From assembly GCF_004324835.1 (NCBI RefSeq), contig NW_021163311.1, positions 74,208-138,207 on the forward strand: a stretch of DNA of 64,000 nt. Reading direction: 5' to 3'. Shown here piece by piece: positions 49,303-59,971 of this stretch (position 1 is the first letter of the stretch; each line of letters starts with the position of its first letter). The notes beneath the pieces were generated by a model. That model was not told the DNA's origin. It made no database searches and saw only the letters and a list, made by a program, of their open reading frames with translations. The position numbers were made by a program, and so were the translations under genes. Source of the stretch: Dendronephthya gigantea (Eukaryota).

Positions 49303-49735
49303 GGGGCCGGTTGTTCGAAAGGCGTTTAGTTTAAACGGTGGATAAGCCAAAGTTTGAAATTCCTCTCATAGATCTTGTGAATGACTAAATCTGCATCTTA
49401 TGCATTAAATATGTACTTTCATTGACAATTAAGCCATTTACATCGCAATATTTCAGATCAGTTGTTCAATAAATAAATAGTTTTGTTTTCCATTTTGAAC
49501 TTATCCACCGTTTAAGCTAAACGCCTTTCGAACAACCGGCCCCTGGAGAACTATTTATTGAGCAACTGAGCTGAAATATTTCGATGTAAATAGTTTAATT
49601 TTCAATGGAAGTACACATTGAATGCATAAGATGCAAGTTCAGTCATTCACAAGATGTATGAGAGTATTTTTAAACTTGGCTTATCCACCGTTTAAACTAA
49701 ACGCCTTTCGAACAACTGGCCCCAGTTGTTCAAAG
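49303..49735. mobile_element. Rearranged dimer of a MITE family A variant (TIR ggccggttgttcgaaaggcgtttagtttaaacggtggataagcc)
   Basis: A complete copy at 49303-49548 is followed by an internally inverted partial copy. Confidence 0.55.
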
Positions 49736-49965
49736 CTTGGTTAGCGCTAACCCTGGGTTAAATTTTAATCCACTTTTAAGTGTTTCTGAGCCGCTGTTCG
49801 TTTTAAAATCTTTACAAAATATGGCTTTGCCAGTTCAGAAAATATTTATGGAAAAAGATATTCAACTTTGTGAACAAGCGATTAAAAATATTGATGTAAA
49901 GATTTCCTTTAACCCAGGGTTAAGCTAACCTGCTTTTGAACAACCGGCCGCAGGCATAAATGAAA
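49722..49965. mobile_element. MITE family C (TIR …gttgttcaaagc.ggttagcgctaaccctgggttaaa)
   Basis: Other copies are at about 4268-4500 and 8235-8400 (truncated). There is a shared internal sequence of about 190 bp. Confidence 0.55.
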
Positions 49966-50048
49966 ACCAGCCCTTAGGAGCTGTTGTTGAACCATGGTTC
50001 AAGGATTAGAAATTGATTAAACACCCACCCAGGCCCCTCGCCACCTAC

Positions 50049-50272
50049 CTTTCACGTCCAATGACAGTATCTCCGATGATGACATCCTTTACATCGTCTT
50101 CTGGTAAATTAAACTCGACCAAATATCGAATCCTTTGTTGGTTGACAGAGTAAACAACATATTCGTCTTCTTCAAATTCTGATGGACAAGAATTTGGCTG
50201 GTTTTTGACACCGTGACAGCTCTGGTAACCATCGGGCGCATGCTCCAAATCATAGGTGAATTCTGTGAAGTC
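50049..50272 (-). CDS. PARP4: PARP4-like exon encoding the C-terminal part of the ART domain (DFTEFTYDLEHAPDGYQSCHGV...EDEYVVYSVNQQRIRYLVEFNLPEDD...)
   Basis: Acceptor gttttcag and donor GAAAG|gtaggtgg. It ends in phase 2. The PARP C-terminal motif pattern (PxGYxSxHGV...EYVVY...Y) is present. The in-frame stop reported in the ORF track lies just past the donor. Confidence 0.75.
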
Positions 50273-50721
50273 CTGAAAACGAAAGACCAATTCGTTATTG
50301 AACATGCGGTCAGTAATGAGAGTAGTTGACTTTCTCCAAGTCTCGCTCAAAATGGTTTTAGATTTTGATAGGTCTATCCGCGGTAATTTTGAGATCAGTG
50401 CGTACTACTGAACTCAAGATTACCCTGGATAGACCTATCGAAATCTAAAACCATTTTGATTGAGGCTTGGAGCAAATCTATGAGACTAGTGGATATTGAA
50501 ACTGAATGAAGATTTTGTGATGATTTATGATGGTGCTATAACTCTGTCTCTGAGTTACCAGCCACGCAAAATGAAAGACTTGCTTTACCACTGTGGGAAT
50601 CGAACCAGCGACCTTTGCTTTGCTAGTCCAACTAACGTGATGGACAATCACAATTCACTTTATACCCACATTCACTATCACTTTAAGACACACAGGTATG
50701 GCAAGGACTAGATCAGTTGAA

Positions 50722-51075
50722 CACCGCAGAAATTGGTGTTTATCAGTGAAGTTTCAAGCCGAAAATCTAATGACTGGTTCACAATTGTGCATTTCTGTAT
50801 CGCTATCAAAGAGAAAACTATTGAATAACTTTGAAAAGTTCAATTTTTCTTCTAAATACGCATTCTGCAATCTTTTGACAGCTTATCATACACATCTGAC
50901 AGCTGTGAAATGGCCATTTTGAGGCTTAAAGTATACACAAAGTTATTAATTCAGACGATTCGTTTTTGCCGTGTGCAAGCTTCAAATCATTTGTGCAAGA
51001 TATATTTTGTTGAGTGTTTATAAATATTTTTTCTCACCAAGTTTGAAGCCTGAGTATTGAGAATTGCGGTGAGAA
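50722..51075. repeat. Dispersed repeat of about 350 bp, copy 2
   Basis: It matches 1818-2170. Confidence 0.7.
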
Positions 51076-51160
51076 GCTTACCAATTTCCGCAGTGTCAAT
51101 TATTTGACTTTCAAAGCCGATCAAAGATAGATTCTGCAATTAAAAATAATAGCTATTTAC

Positions 51161-51476
51161 CTTCGTACGCCCTAACGCAACCTCGCATATAAGAAGTAAC
51201 CGTGTTCCCCGAGTTTTTCCTGGGGATGAGTACTTCACACTCGTCGTCGCATCCGAACCGAAGTAGATTCCAGTCCCCAAGTTACCAGCGTCCGAGCGCT
51301 CACCTCCGAAATCACGGACCACAATTTTGGGGGGAAGAAGACCCCGGGATAAAATACCCAGGAAATTTTGCGCTTTCGAGGAATGGAAGAGTTGACGAAT
51401 GTTTCCAAGATGGGATTGGAAATGCGCTGACTCGGCTGGACGTTGGCATGAAAATATGTTCTGTACTTTGATATTT
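51161..51476 (-). CDS. PARP4: PARP4-like exon encoding the ART (PARP catalytic) core: ...LGNIRQLFHSSKAQNFLGILSRGLLPPKIVVRDFGGERSDAGNLGTGIYFGSDATTSVKYSSPGKTRGTRLLLICEVALGRTK
   Basis: Acceptor tttctag and donor AAG|gtaaatag. The first base completes AGA with the previous exon's AG. It has the H-G-S and GIYF...S..Y PARP signature, and the stretch GNLGTGIYF...TRLLLICEVALG is near-identical to PARP4. Confidence 0.75.
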
Positions 51477-51882
51477 CTAGAAATAAATGTATAAATAAAG
51501 TTAGCTTAGTTTAGGTTTCCTCCTGTAGTAACACTGGATCAATAAGAGATGATCCTTACTGGACCTCTAGAAAGAACAGTTTAGAACTGATAGAGTTATC
51601 CAGTATAAATAAAGTTAGTTTAGTTTAGGTTTCTTCCTGTAGTAACACTGGATCAATAAGAGATGATTCTTACTGGACCTCTAGGAGGAACAGTTTAAAA
51701 CTGATAGAGCTATCCAGTATAAATAAAGTTAGTTTAGTTTAGGTTTCCTCCTGTAGTAACACTGGATCAATAACAGATTATCCTTGCTGGACCTTTAGGA
51801 ACAGTTTAGAACTAAAATAAATCTTAGAGGAACCTATGTGATTTCAATTTTAGGAGAAAATAGCTGGCAAATATTTCCTTAC

Positions 51883-52043
51883 CTGGTCGAGGATGACAGC
51901 ACTTTATTGACAATGTTCAAGTATTCGTCTGTTGTCTTCGAAAGACTTTCAAGATGACAACCGCACGCTTTGTATTTTGCTTCGTCGCTGCTTCGCGTTG
52001 AGAAATTCGTCGCTTCGTTTACATTTAAGATGTCTTTAATTAA
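51883..52043 (-). CDS. PARP4: PARP4-like exon (LIKDILNVNEATNFSTRSSDEAKYKACGCHLESLSKTTDEYLNIVNKVL...)
   Basis: Acceptor ctttag and donor CAG|gtaagg, phase 0 to 2. It matches the PARP4 LIRDMVNVCETNL...AKYRALRCKIEHVEQNTEEFLRVRKEVL segment. Confidence 0.6.
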
Positions 52044-52325
52044 CTAAAGAAGAATAAAAATTAGCCTCGATAGTTTGGAAATCTATTTTTAACATTTTGT
52101 GTATTTTATTATATATCTTTGGGGAAAAAATAGTCAAATTTAACCAAAATTTTGGCGATATATAAAAAGAGCGGGAAAACTTCCGTCAATTTCCGGAATG
52201 ATACGAGAACTTCCCGCGCTTTCCGATACTAACTCGCGGCCTTTGATTGGCTTAGGAACGGATTTCACTTGTTCGCTCGACCAATCAGGTTATCTGTTCG
52301 GTAACGTTAGCCAATCAGAACGTAC

Positions 52326-52646
52326 CTGACAGAGATCCTGTTTTTCTGCAATAACTCGCTTTGTAGTTATTTCTTTCACGTATTCCTTGTTGTGTGGAAC
52401 GAGCGAGTAAAACTCCTGAGAATATTTCCCCAAATTTTCATCGGAAGCATCGCCTTTGTCGAGAATTTCTCGGATAGCTTGCAATACTCCTTCAGCTTTT
52501 GAGATATCCTCCAGTTTGAGCCGTTCAACCGGGTCGCACATTAGAGAACTCAGCTCTCCAATCGCTTCAGACGAAATGCTGTGGACAAGCGCTTTCACAG
52601 GAGGAGACAGATTTTCTTTGTTCAATACTTCACTGGATATATTGTT
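52326..52646 (-). CDS. PARP4: PARP4-like exon encoding the PARP alpha-helical (regulatory) domain
   Basis: 107 codons, phase 0-0, acceptor tttcag, donor CAG|gtacgt. The motif LKLEDISKAEGVLQAIREILDKG...SQEFYSLVPH corresponds to PARP4 ISLNDVSKAEGILLLVKAALKNG...EFYRLIPH. Confidence 0.7.
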
Positions 52647-52679
52647 CTGAAATGAGTCAAAATACAAACTTAAAATCAG

Positions 52680-53520
52680 TAAGCTAAACTAAACTAACTT
52701 TATTTATACTGGATAGCACTATCAGTTCTAAACTGTTCTTCCTAGAGGTCCATTAAGGATCATCTCCTATTGATCCAGTGTAACTACAGGAGGAAACCTA
52801 AACTAACTTTATTTATACTGGATAGCTCTATCAGTTCTAAACTGTTCTTCCTAGAGGCCCAGTAATGATCATCTCTTATTGATCCAGTGTTACTACAGGA
52901 GGAAAACTAAACTAAACTAACTTTATTTATACTGGATAGCTCTATGAGTTCTAAACTGTTCTTCCTAGAGGTCCAGTAAGGATCATCTCTTATTGATCCA
53001 GTGTTACTACAGGAGGAAACCTAAACTAAACTAACTTTATTTATACTGGATAGCTCTATCAGTTCTAAACTGTTCTTCCTAGAGGCCCAGTAATGATCAT
53101 CTCTTATTGATCCAGTGTTACTACAGGAGGAAAACTAAACTAAACTAACTTTATTTATACTGGATAGTTCTATCAGTTCTAAACTGTTCTTCCTAGAGGT
53201 CCAGTAAGGATCATCTCTTATTGATCCAGTGTTACTACAGGAGGAAACCTAAACTAAACTAACTTTATTTATACTGGATAGCTCTATCAGTTCTAAACTG
53301 TTCTTCCTAGAGGTCCAGTAAGGATCATCTCTTATTGATCCAGTGTTACTACAGGAGGAAACCTAAACTAAACTAACTTTATTTATACTGGATAGCTCTA
53401 TCAGTTCTAAACTGTTTTTCCTAGAGGCCCAGTAAGGATCATCTCTTATTGATCCCGTGTTACTACAGGAGGAAACCTAAACTAAACTAACTTTATTTAT
53501 ACTGGATAGCTCTATCAGTT
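52680..53520. repeat. 118-bp satellite array (about 7 units), reverse orientation
   Basis: The unit is approximately aaataaagttagtttagtttaggtttcctcctgtagtaacactggatcaataagagatgatccttactggacctctaggaagaacagtttagaactgatagagctatccagtat. Other arrays are at 18725-19010, 22255-22700, 23383-23905, 51490-51830, 62215-62395 and 62990-63170. A single unit is at 3930-4030. Confidence 0.85.
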
Positions 53521-53541
53521 CAAAACCTTTTCATGACTTAC

Positions 53542-53706
53542 AGAAATCATTTTATGTGATCCAACACCAGGAGGAAAGGCTGAGAATTGCCGACGGTATT
53601 CGGGCTGTTGTTGTGAACAGAAAAGGGAATACAATTGCTCAGCAGTATCGGAGTTGTCGGCAAAACGACATTCCTTTTTGTCAGGTTTCTCATTCACATC
53701 GATTCC
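53542..53706 (-). CDS. PARP4: PARP4-like exon (…QQPEYRRQFSAFPPGVGSHKMIS)
   Basis: Acceptor cttccag and donor TCT|gtaagtc, phase 0-0, 55 codons. The EYRRQFSAFP stretch matches the PARP4 METRRQFAIKK region. Confidence 0.55.
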
Positions 53707-54120
53707 CTGGAAGAAAGCAACGTTTTAAATGAAGAAAATAAAATTCAAACTACAAAATTACCGCGAAAGCTTACACTACAAGAACTTAAATGTAACCTAC
53801 TGGGGCTGGTTGTATCAAGCCCGTTTAGCTTAAACGGTGGATAAGTCAAAATTAAATAACACTCTTACAACTCTCTTGAATGAGTCAACTTGAATTCTAT
53901 GCACTGAATATGTAGTTGTAAACAGTATATTTGTATTAAGGTTAAAACATTTAGTTCGCTTGTTAAATAATTCGATAAACTTGCTTTTTATTTTGAACTT
54001 ATCCACCGTTTAAGCTAAACGGGCTTGATACAACCGGCCCCTGTACACTGAGAGATAATGCTAAACCAAGAATAAGCTGTTTTAAACGGTACAATCTAAC
54101 AAGATTTCCGTTTGTCAAAC

Positions 54121-54255
54121 CTTTTGAAGGATTCCAGAATGAGAGAATATACGATGACTTGGATGTGATTTTTCGACGTCAATTTCATCTTCCTTGGCAG
54201 TACTGATATGCAATTCAATAGCGACAAAACGAAACAACCCATTTTTGTCAGATTT
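54121..54255 (-). CDS. PARP4: PARP4-like exon in the linker between BRCT and helical domain (KSDKNGLFRFVAIELHISTAKEDEIDVEKSHPSHRIFSHSGILQK)
   Basis: AG|...|gtttga boundaries, phase 0-0, 45 codons. It resembles the PARP4 region just before the TRRQFA motif. More exons between 54.3 and 56.7 kb are probably missed. Confidence 0.4.
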
Positions 54256-54984
54256 CTAGAAAATATTTAAGTATTCCTTGTTAGTTTACGGGTCAGGTAA
54301 TCCGTTTTCAATCTTCATCAAAATGCGTGTCCATGCAGTAGTCACGTATAGCTTAGCCTAGAGCTAGCCTTTCAAGCGAAGAAACTTTCTATAACCGGTT
54401 ATTTAAACGATATTGGAGCAAGTTAGCCGTTAGTTAGTTTTGAGATTTGTGTGGCGTTACCTTGTGGGCAAAATTTAAGAGGAAGTTACCTTAAACCACG
54501 AATGTTTAACGATTTCAAAATCATCAGATGGAAAGAAAGGAATAGACTCGTTATCTTGATTAAACCGATAAACCCTACGGTAGAAAATATATTTCAGTGA
54601 AACGTCAAACTATTACAGAAGGAAAATGTAGGGGAATTTCTATGCATTCTATGAAAACGGCGGGGGTCGGTTGTATCAAGCCCGTTTAGCTTAAACGGTG
54701 GATAAGTTCAAAATAGAAAGCAAGTCTATCGTTTTATTCAACAAGCGAACTAAATGTTTTCAACCTTTATACAAAGATACTGTTTACAATTACATATTCA
54801 GTGCATAATATTCAAGTTGACTCATTCAAGAGAGATGTAAGAGTGTTATTTAATTTTGACTTATCCACCGTTTAAGCTAAACGGGCTCGATACAACCGGC
54901 CGCAGGTATACACAGTTTTTGAACGCGAACTTTTTCAAAACAAAACAAATTTCAGTTGTAAATTTCTTCGCGTAATAAATTTGG

Positions 54985-55075
54985 CGCCAACGGATAAACC
55001 CAGTGCGCTGATTGGTCAAAAATTGGCGGGCAATTACTAAACGAGCCGCGCTGATTGGTCGAATTTAGTCCCCCG
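54985..55075. promoter_or_regulatory. Cluster of two inverted CCAAT boxes (gctgattggtc x2), a putative TATA-less promoter for the plus-strand transcript starting about 55.1 kb
   Basis: The motifs are visible in the sequence. Plus-strand splice donors follow at 55192 and 55347. Confidence 0.3.
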
Positions 55076-56675
55076 TGATGCCTGACGACAGCAAGAAAGA
55101 AGAACACTTCGCAAACTCGAAATTTCCAGCGATTTTCAATCATTTCAGCGTTTTCAAAAGCTTTTTGGGAGAGATTTTGAGCTTTTGCAGGTAAATTATC
55201 GAGAAAAAAAGAAAACTGTGGGTTACGAAAGGGGTATGGGACAACGCGAAGAGCGGTCTAGTCTCTAGACAGCAATAAATACGCCGAAAATTGTGCAATC
55301 GCCTGGAAAAACGAAGAAAATCGCAAAGCTGAAAATTAAAATGCAGGTAAAAAGGTGTAAATGTGAGAAAATGTTAGGTTAATTTCCTTGATCTAATCAT
55401 ACGAAGATGTTGTTTCCTTAGTTTTCATAAGATTTCAGTACATTCTTCGCATTTGAAAGTATTAAAGTTGTAAAAATGATGGAAAATCCGTTGTCATATT
55501 TGTCATTTATAGAGCAAAATGTCTATTGGTTTTGTGAAAAAAAGCATAACCATGTTCATAGACCTTTAGAAGGGCTAAATACTTTTGAATGGAAGCAGGC
55601 TGATGATTTTATTGACTGGATTCACCTTAAATTCAGGGGGGGATGCTTCTGAAAGAGGGGGTGCAACTGTCCCCCAACCCACTTCACATATCTATGCCCA
55701 TGTTAAAATAATTCAATGATTCATCATTACCTTGTAGCTCTAAGATTTGCCAATGTCAGGGGCTTTTGTGTCTTTTGTTTCGAGACATTCGGTGTCTTGG
55801 AAGCTGCTGGTAAAACAGAAATATAACCAAAAATTAGGTTTAAATTACAAAATTATACTTAATTGTGGTGGTGAGGAATGCCAAAGAATATTTTTGTTTA
55901 ATACATAACAAATATAATCTAATTTAGTATCAATATCTTTTTTAAATAATGCTCAAAATGCCACTAACTTTGCAATTGCTAGATTAATGTATGGACACAA
56001 TCAACTTATTTCTCAATTAATCAGCTAATTAGCAACCAATTCACTTTGTTATGGTATTTAACTACAAATTAGTAATCCAAATGTCAGCATCTACGAAATC
56101 TAGTTAACTTGATAGTTTCCTAATTATTTAGTTAGTGTAATTGATAATCCTGGTTATGAATCGAATTCTACAGACATTCTGACTAAAACTAATATTAAAT
56201 TAAAAATTAATAAATTCATTAGTATGCTTATTATTAGCCTGATAAAATTACTGGATGCTGATTGGTCAAGAAGAGTACAGTTATTTCGTTAATTGTACAT
56301 GCATTGGTGTACCTAGAACTATAATTGGGGGGGGGGTGTATTCATATACTTGTGATATGCTGTCCAGATTCATTTCTTTTCTATTAACATGAATATATGA
56401 ACATTGGCCCCCCAAATTATCAATGCTGGCTAGGCCTCGGTGGACATGTACAGTATACACACGGTACAATTAACGATTTTGACAAAATAAACAAAATGGC
56501 TGAATGTTATTGCATGCACACTAAACAGCCCTGGAGGAAATAAAAATGCTTAAAGTACCATTCAGTCATACAATTATAATCCCAAATTCCATTCACCATC
56601 ACATGACCATAGCTATATTAATCTGTACATGCTAACTCATTTCTAGAAGAGAACCATAATATATAAAAGTTCTAC

Positions 56676-56871
56676 CTTTGATGATACCAGAGGAAAACTG
56701 GTTGGCCAAGGACTTGCCAATCGTGAGATATTCATCGCTTTCCAACAACTTCTGCTGTTCCGCGCAGTCGTCAATAAATGACAATGACACAATCGGTATA
56801 CCAAGTTTCAGAGCTGCCCTGCCCTTGTATGTGTCGTCTACCTCTTTGTTTTCTGAGACGAAGTACTTGGT
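56676..56871 (-). CDS. PARP4: PARP4-like exon encoding the second half of the BRCT domain (TKYFVSENKEVDDTYKGRAALKLGIPIVSLSFIDDCAEQQKLLESDEYL...)
   Basis: Open minus-strand frame bounded by acceptor tttcag and donor AAAG|gtagaac. The BRCT-like motif pattern matches the PARP4 N-terminal BRCT as I remember it. The 5' exons upstream of this one are not resolved. Confidence 0.55.
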
Positions 56872-57339
56872 CTGAAATAATATACCATATAAATATATAT
56901 ATATGATTGTCCAGTTGTAGGACCCTGGAAGTTAAAACTAGTACAATTTTATGTTAAAATTAGCCAGTAGCTTTAAACTTGGAAATTAAAACTAGTACAA
57001 TTTTACACTAGCCAGTAGATCAAAACTTGGAAGTTAGAACTAGAACAATTTGATGTTAGCCAGTAGATTTAAACTGGCTACAACACAACAGAATTGTATA
57101 AAAACAACTGATAAACCTTTCTGTACTATACTAAAGGGGTAAAGGCTGTATTAAGGCGACTACCAAACTTTAAACTTCCTTGTGTAAACATGATAGGTCC
57201 TTTAAATTTAGCACATTGATTATTGCGAGCCTTTGTACTCATTTAAATGCACTCAATGTACTTGGAAATGTACTCATTTACCATAAAGGGAGAAGATTTT
57301 CATAATTGAAAATTGAAAATTTGCATTGCTTGCAGAGAA

Positions 57340-57400
57340 ATCAGAGGAGGTTGGACAGCTGTCACGTGAATTTCTCGACCAATGAGATTGCGCTATTTTC
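57340..57400. promoter_or_regulatory. E-box (gtcacgtga) plus CCAAT box (cgaccaatgag), putative promoter element
   Basis: The motifs are visible. A plus-strand splice donor lies at 57553. Confidence 0.25.
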
Positions 57401-58020
57401 CAAGCGTGCTTGCGAAGATTTTGAGCGAGAAAATTTACATAAGACGGAGAAACATAAAAATATTGAGTATATTTTTTAAAGTTTACTGATTAAAACGCAT
57501 ATTTTTTGAAAAAAGATTCATTGGACTGGCGATATCTGTCGAGATTATCGAGGTAAGCGTTACTTTTTAAGTCGATTTTTATAACTGAAGTTGGTCGGGT
57601 CGTTCCGAAGTGATGAGTCATTTGCTTGTCTGTTTACAATTTTCAAAGTTGAAAATCTCGAATTCCTGTGGTTCGATTTTTGAGATTCTTTGTAAGAATG
57701 AAGTTAAGTATGTAAAAAAAAAATCGGCTGGATCGACCCCTTGCGACCCCACACCATTTCCGAGATATCGGGCTTTGAATTTACCACTCTTGTTTTGAGA
57801 TGTTCAAAATAGCGCATTTCGGGTCAATGGGATATTTCCCTTTCAAATATTGTTTAACTACATAATTTGTAATATTTATGTAAATTTTATTTGTATTCAT
57901 GGTTTAACTTCCTTAGTTATTAACATTTAGACGGGAAAATAGAATTTTTTTGTATTTTATATAGATTTCCATTTTTGGCAGTGACGACTCCTATGCTTGA
58001 TCATCACTGTTTTTTTGTAG

Positions 58021-58452
58021 GAGTTTAGACGTCGATATGGTATTGAAAAAGGGCTTCCTCCTGAACACCCACGGGCAGGATCAACAGATGATGTTGAAGG
58101 CATCTTTGCTTTTTTACATGGATTACTGGGACCGATTTTTGATGAGAAGGATTTTCATGATGCTTTTCCAAAAGTTATCAGTGAATATACAAAGAAGTGT
58201 GATCCTGATCTGCCATTTTACTATTACACTGGATCCAATGATAGATACAATGATGGATGCTTGCAATCTTTTAACATACCCTCTAGTAGTGGGGAAGAAC
58301 GTCTAGATCGTGTCTGTATTTCTAGGCGAGCTGACCCTGGAGTATTTGTTGCCAACAGAGCTGTAATCCCACAACGTGGTCAATTGAGTGTTAGATCAGC
58401 ACATTTCAAACAACCAGAAGGCTTACCACCACCACCACCTTCACAAAATTGA
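58021..58452 (+). CDS. Open 144-codon exon of a plus-strand gene of unknown function (EFRRRYGIEKGLPPEHPRAGSTDDVEGIFAFLHGLLGPIFDEKDFHDAFPKVISEYTKKCDPDLPFYYYTGSNDRYNDGC...PPPPPSQN*)
   Basis: It is preceded by tttttttgtag and has no in-frame ATG before codon 81, so a 5' coding exon is required. One candidate is ATGCAG|gtaaaaag at 55341-55346, which is phase-compatible. An AATAAA lies about 45 bp after the stop. Confidence 0.4.
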   Translation, partial: EFRRRYGIEKGLPPEHPRAGSTDDVEGIFAFLHGLLGPIFDEKDFHDAFPKVISEYTKKCDPDLPFYYYTGSNDRYNDGCLQSFNIPSSSGEERLDRVCISRRADPGVFVANRAVIPQRGQLSVRSAHFKQPEGLPPPPPSQN

Positions 58453-59229
58453 TAAATATGAAACATATTGTGTGATTATATGTTTTCACTTCTTCAGTAA
58501 AATAAACTGACATTTTATATTGGTTCTGTTCTTTAGATGCTTGTTGATGTTTACAGTTAGTGTGAGTTAAGATCTGCATTACTAAGCCATTGTGTGTTAG
58601 AACTGGCAATATTTATGTATATTAGGTTGATTGAAAAGCTAAAGGCATGAACACCTTATCTAGTACAATTGATCTTCAAGTTTGCATGAATTGTAAATGC
58701 TATTAGCATAGAAACAATAACCAATGGTGTGTGTATGCAGGTTTTTACTTTTTTGAACATCATGTAAATATATGTATAAATGCAAAATCTTGGCTGTTTT
58801 GTCAAGGCAATTTTACTTACAATATTTTATAACCATCATAAAATTTGATGAGTTTATTTATTTGTTCATCAATAAATACAGATTTACATATTTATACCAT
58901 GTATTGTATGAATATTTTTCTAATTTTCTTAATATTGCAAGGGTTTGTATGAAATATCACATGACAGTGAAGTGCTTTGGTTATAGACAATAGGTTTTGA
59001 GGATATAAAATAGAAAGCCTGGTTTCCATACAACATTGTCAGGGTGTTGTGTTAACCATTAAGAAAAATATCTATCATTAGTTATTATGCAACAACTTGA
59101 TTGTCATATGGAAACCAGACAAAAAACAAGTTGATGGCAAAAATGCTGGAAAAATCTACATAGGTTAGCCAATGGAAATAATTGCAGAAATTCACAACTT
59201 GCAAACCCTGGTTCTTATGAAATTATATG

Positions 59230-59771
59230 TCAACGTACACTCATACTAGCCCTTACAATCTGACCTTCCCATTCACCACGCCTCTTTATCCAGATTTTTG
59301 GATAAAATCCTATTTTTAAAAAGTTAACCCGAAACTTGATGTGTTCAACATAGACGTCTAGTATATCTCCTGCTGCAATCAGTGGATGTAAATACTTGCA
59401 ATGTTCAGAAGCTATATATCCAACATTTTCCCATTGAGTTCCATAATGAAGATCAATAGCAATTGCATTTTGGTCCCGAGGATTCTCCGGCTCTGGTCTT
59501 AGTCGAACATTTACTGATTCATTATATTCAAGGGCAAGATATGCCTGTTCCAGATGATGTTGGTAACTTTGTTCATGAGCAGCTCCAATGCACTTGAATG
59601 GTAGAGCATGAGTGATTTCTTCCTCATCACTTTCAACTTCTTCACTTTCATCTTCTTCACTGTCCTCATTACTAATTTGCTCATTGACAGTTTCATTTCT
59701 TTTACTTTGTTCATCCCCATTCTCCTCTCCAGCATTTTCTAGTTCAGCTAAATGCTCAAGTAGATCTCTTT
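59230..59771 (-). CDS. HIRAN-domain gene, exon 3: acidic linker followed by the HIRAN domain (…VNVRLRPEPENPRDQNAIAIDLHYGTQWENVGYIASEHCKYLHPLIAAGDILDV…)
   Basis: Acceptor ctttatag, in frame with exon 2, stop at 59230. It carries the HIRAN signature (V.L.REP.NP.D.NAI.V...G.lGYi....A..L.PLid.G). Confidence 0.6.
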
Positions 59772-59971
59772 CTATAAAGCAAAACAAAAAAATGCCCGTC
59801 TAATACTGTTATGTCTATAAATAAAAACTCACTAGTAATTTCTAAAAATAGAATTGAACGACTCTGAGATTAATTTTTACTTTAAGCATGAAACCATTTA
59901 TAACAAAGCATGTGTAAAGAAAACATTCGTAAACAGAAATGAACTATCAAAACTTTATACAGTAACTATAC

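Noticed and set aside
52250-52320. Double CCAAT boxes (gaccaatcagg…agccaatcagaacg) as a promoter
   Set aside because: They lie inside an intron directly downstream of the helical-domain exon of a gene that clearly continues on both sides. They may be an internal enhancer or chance motifs, and I cannot support a promoter call.
57480-57553. Plus-strand exon with donor atcgag|gtaagcg as the 5' coding exon of the 58-kb gene
   Set aside because: All three frames lack an ATG or hit a stop before the donor. At most it is a non-coding 5' exon.
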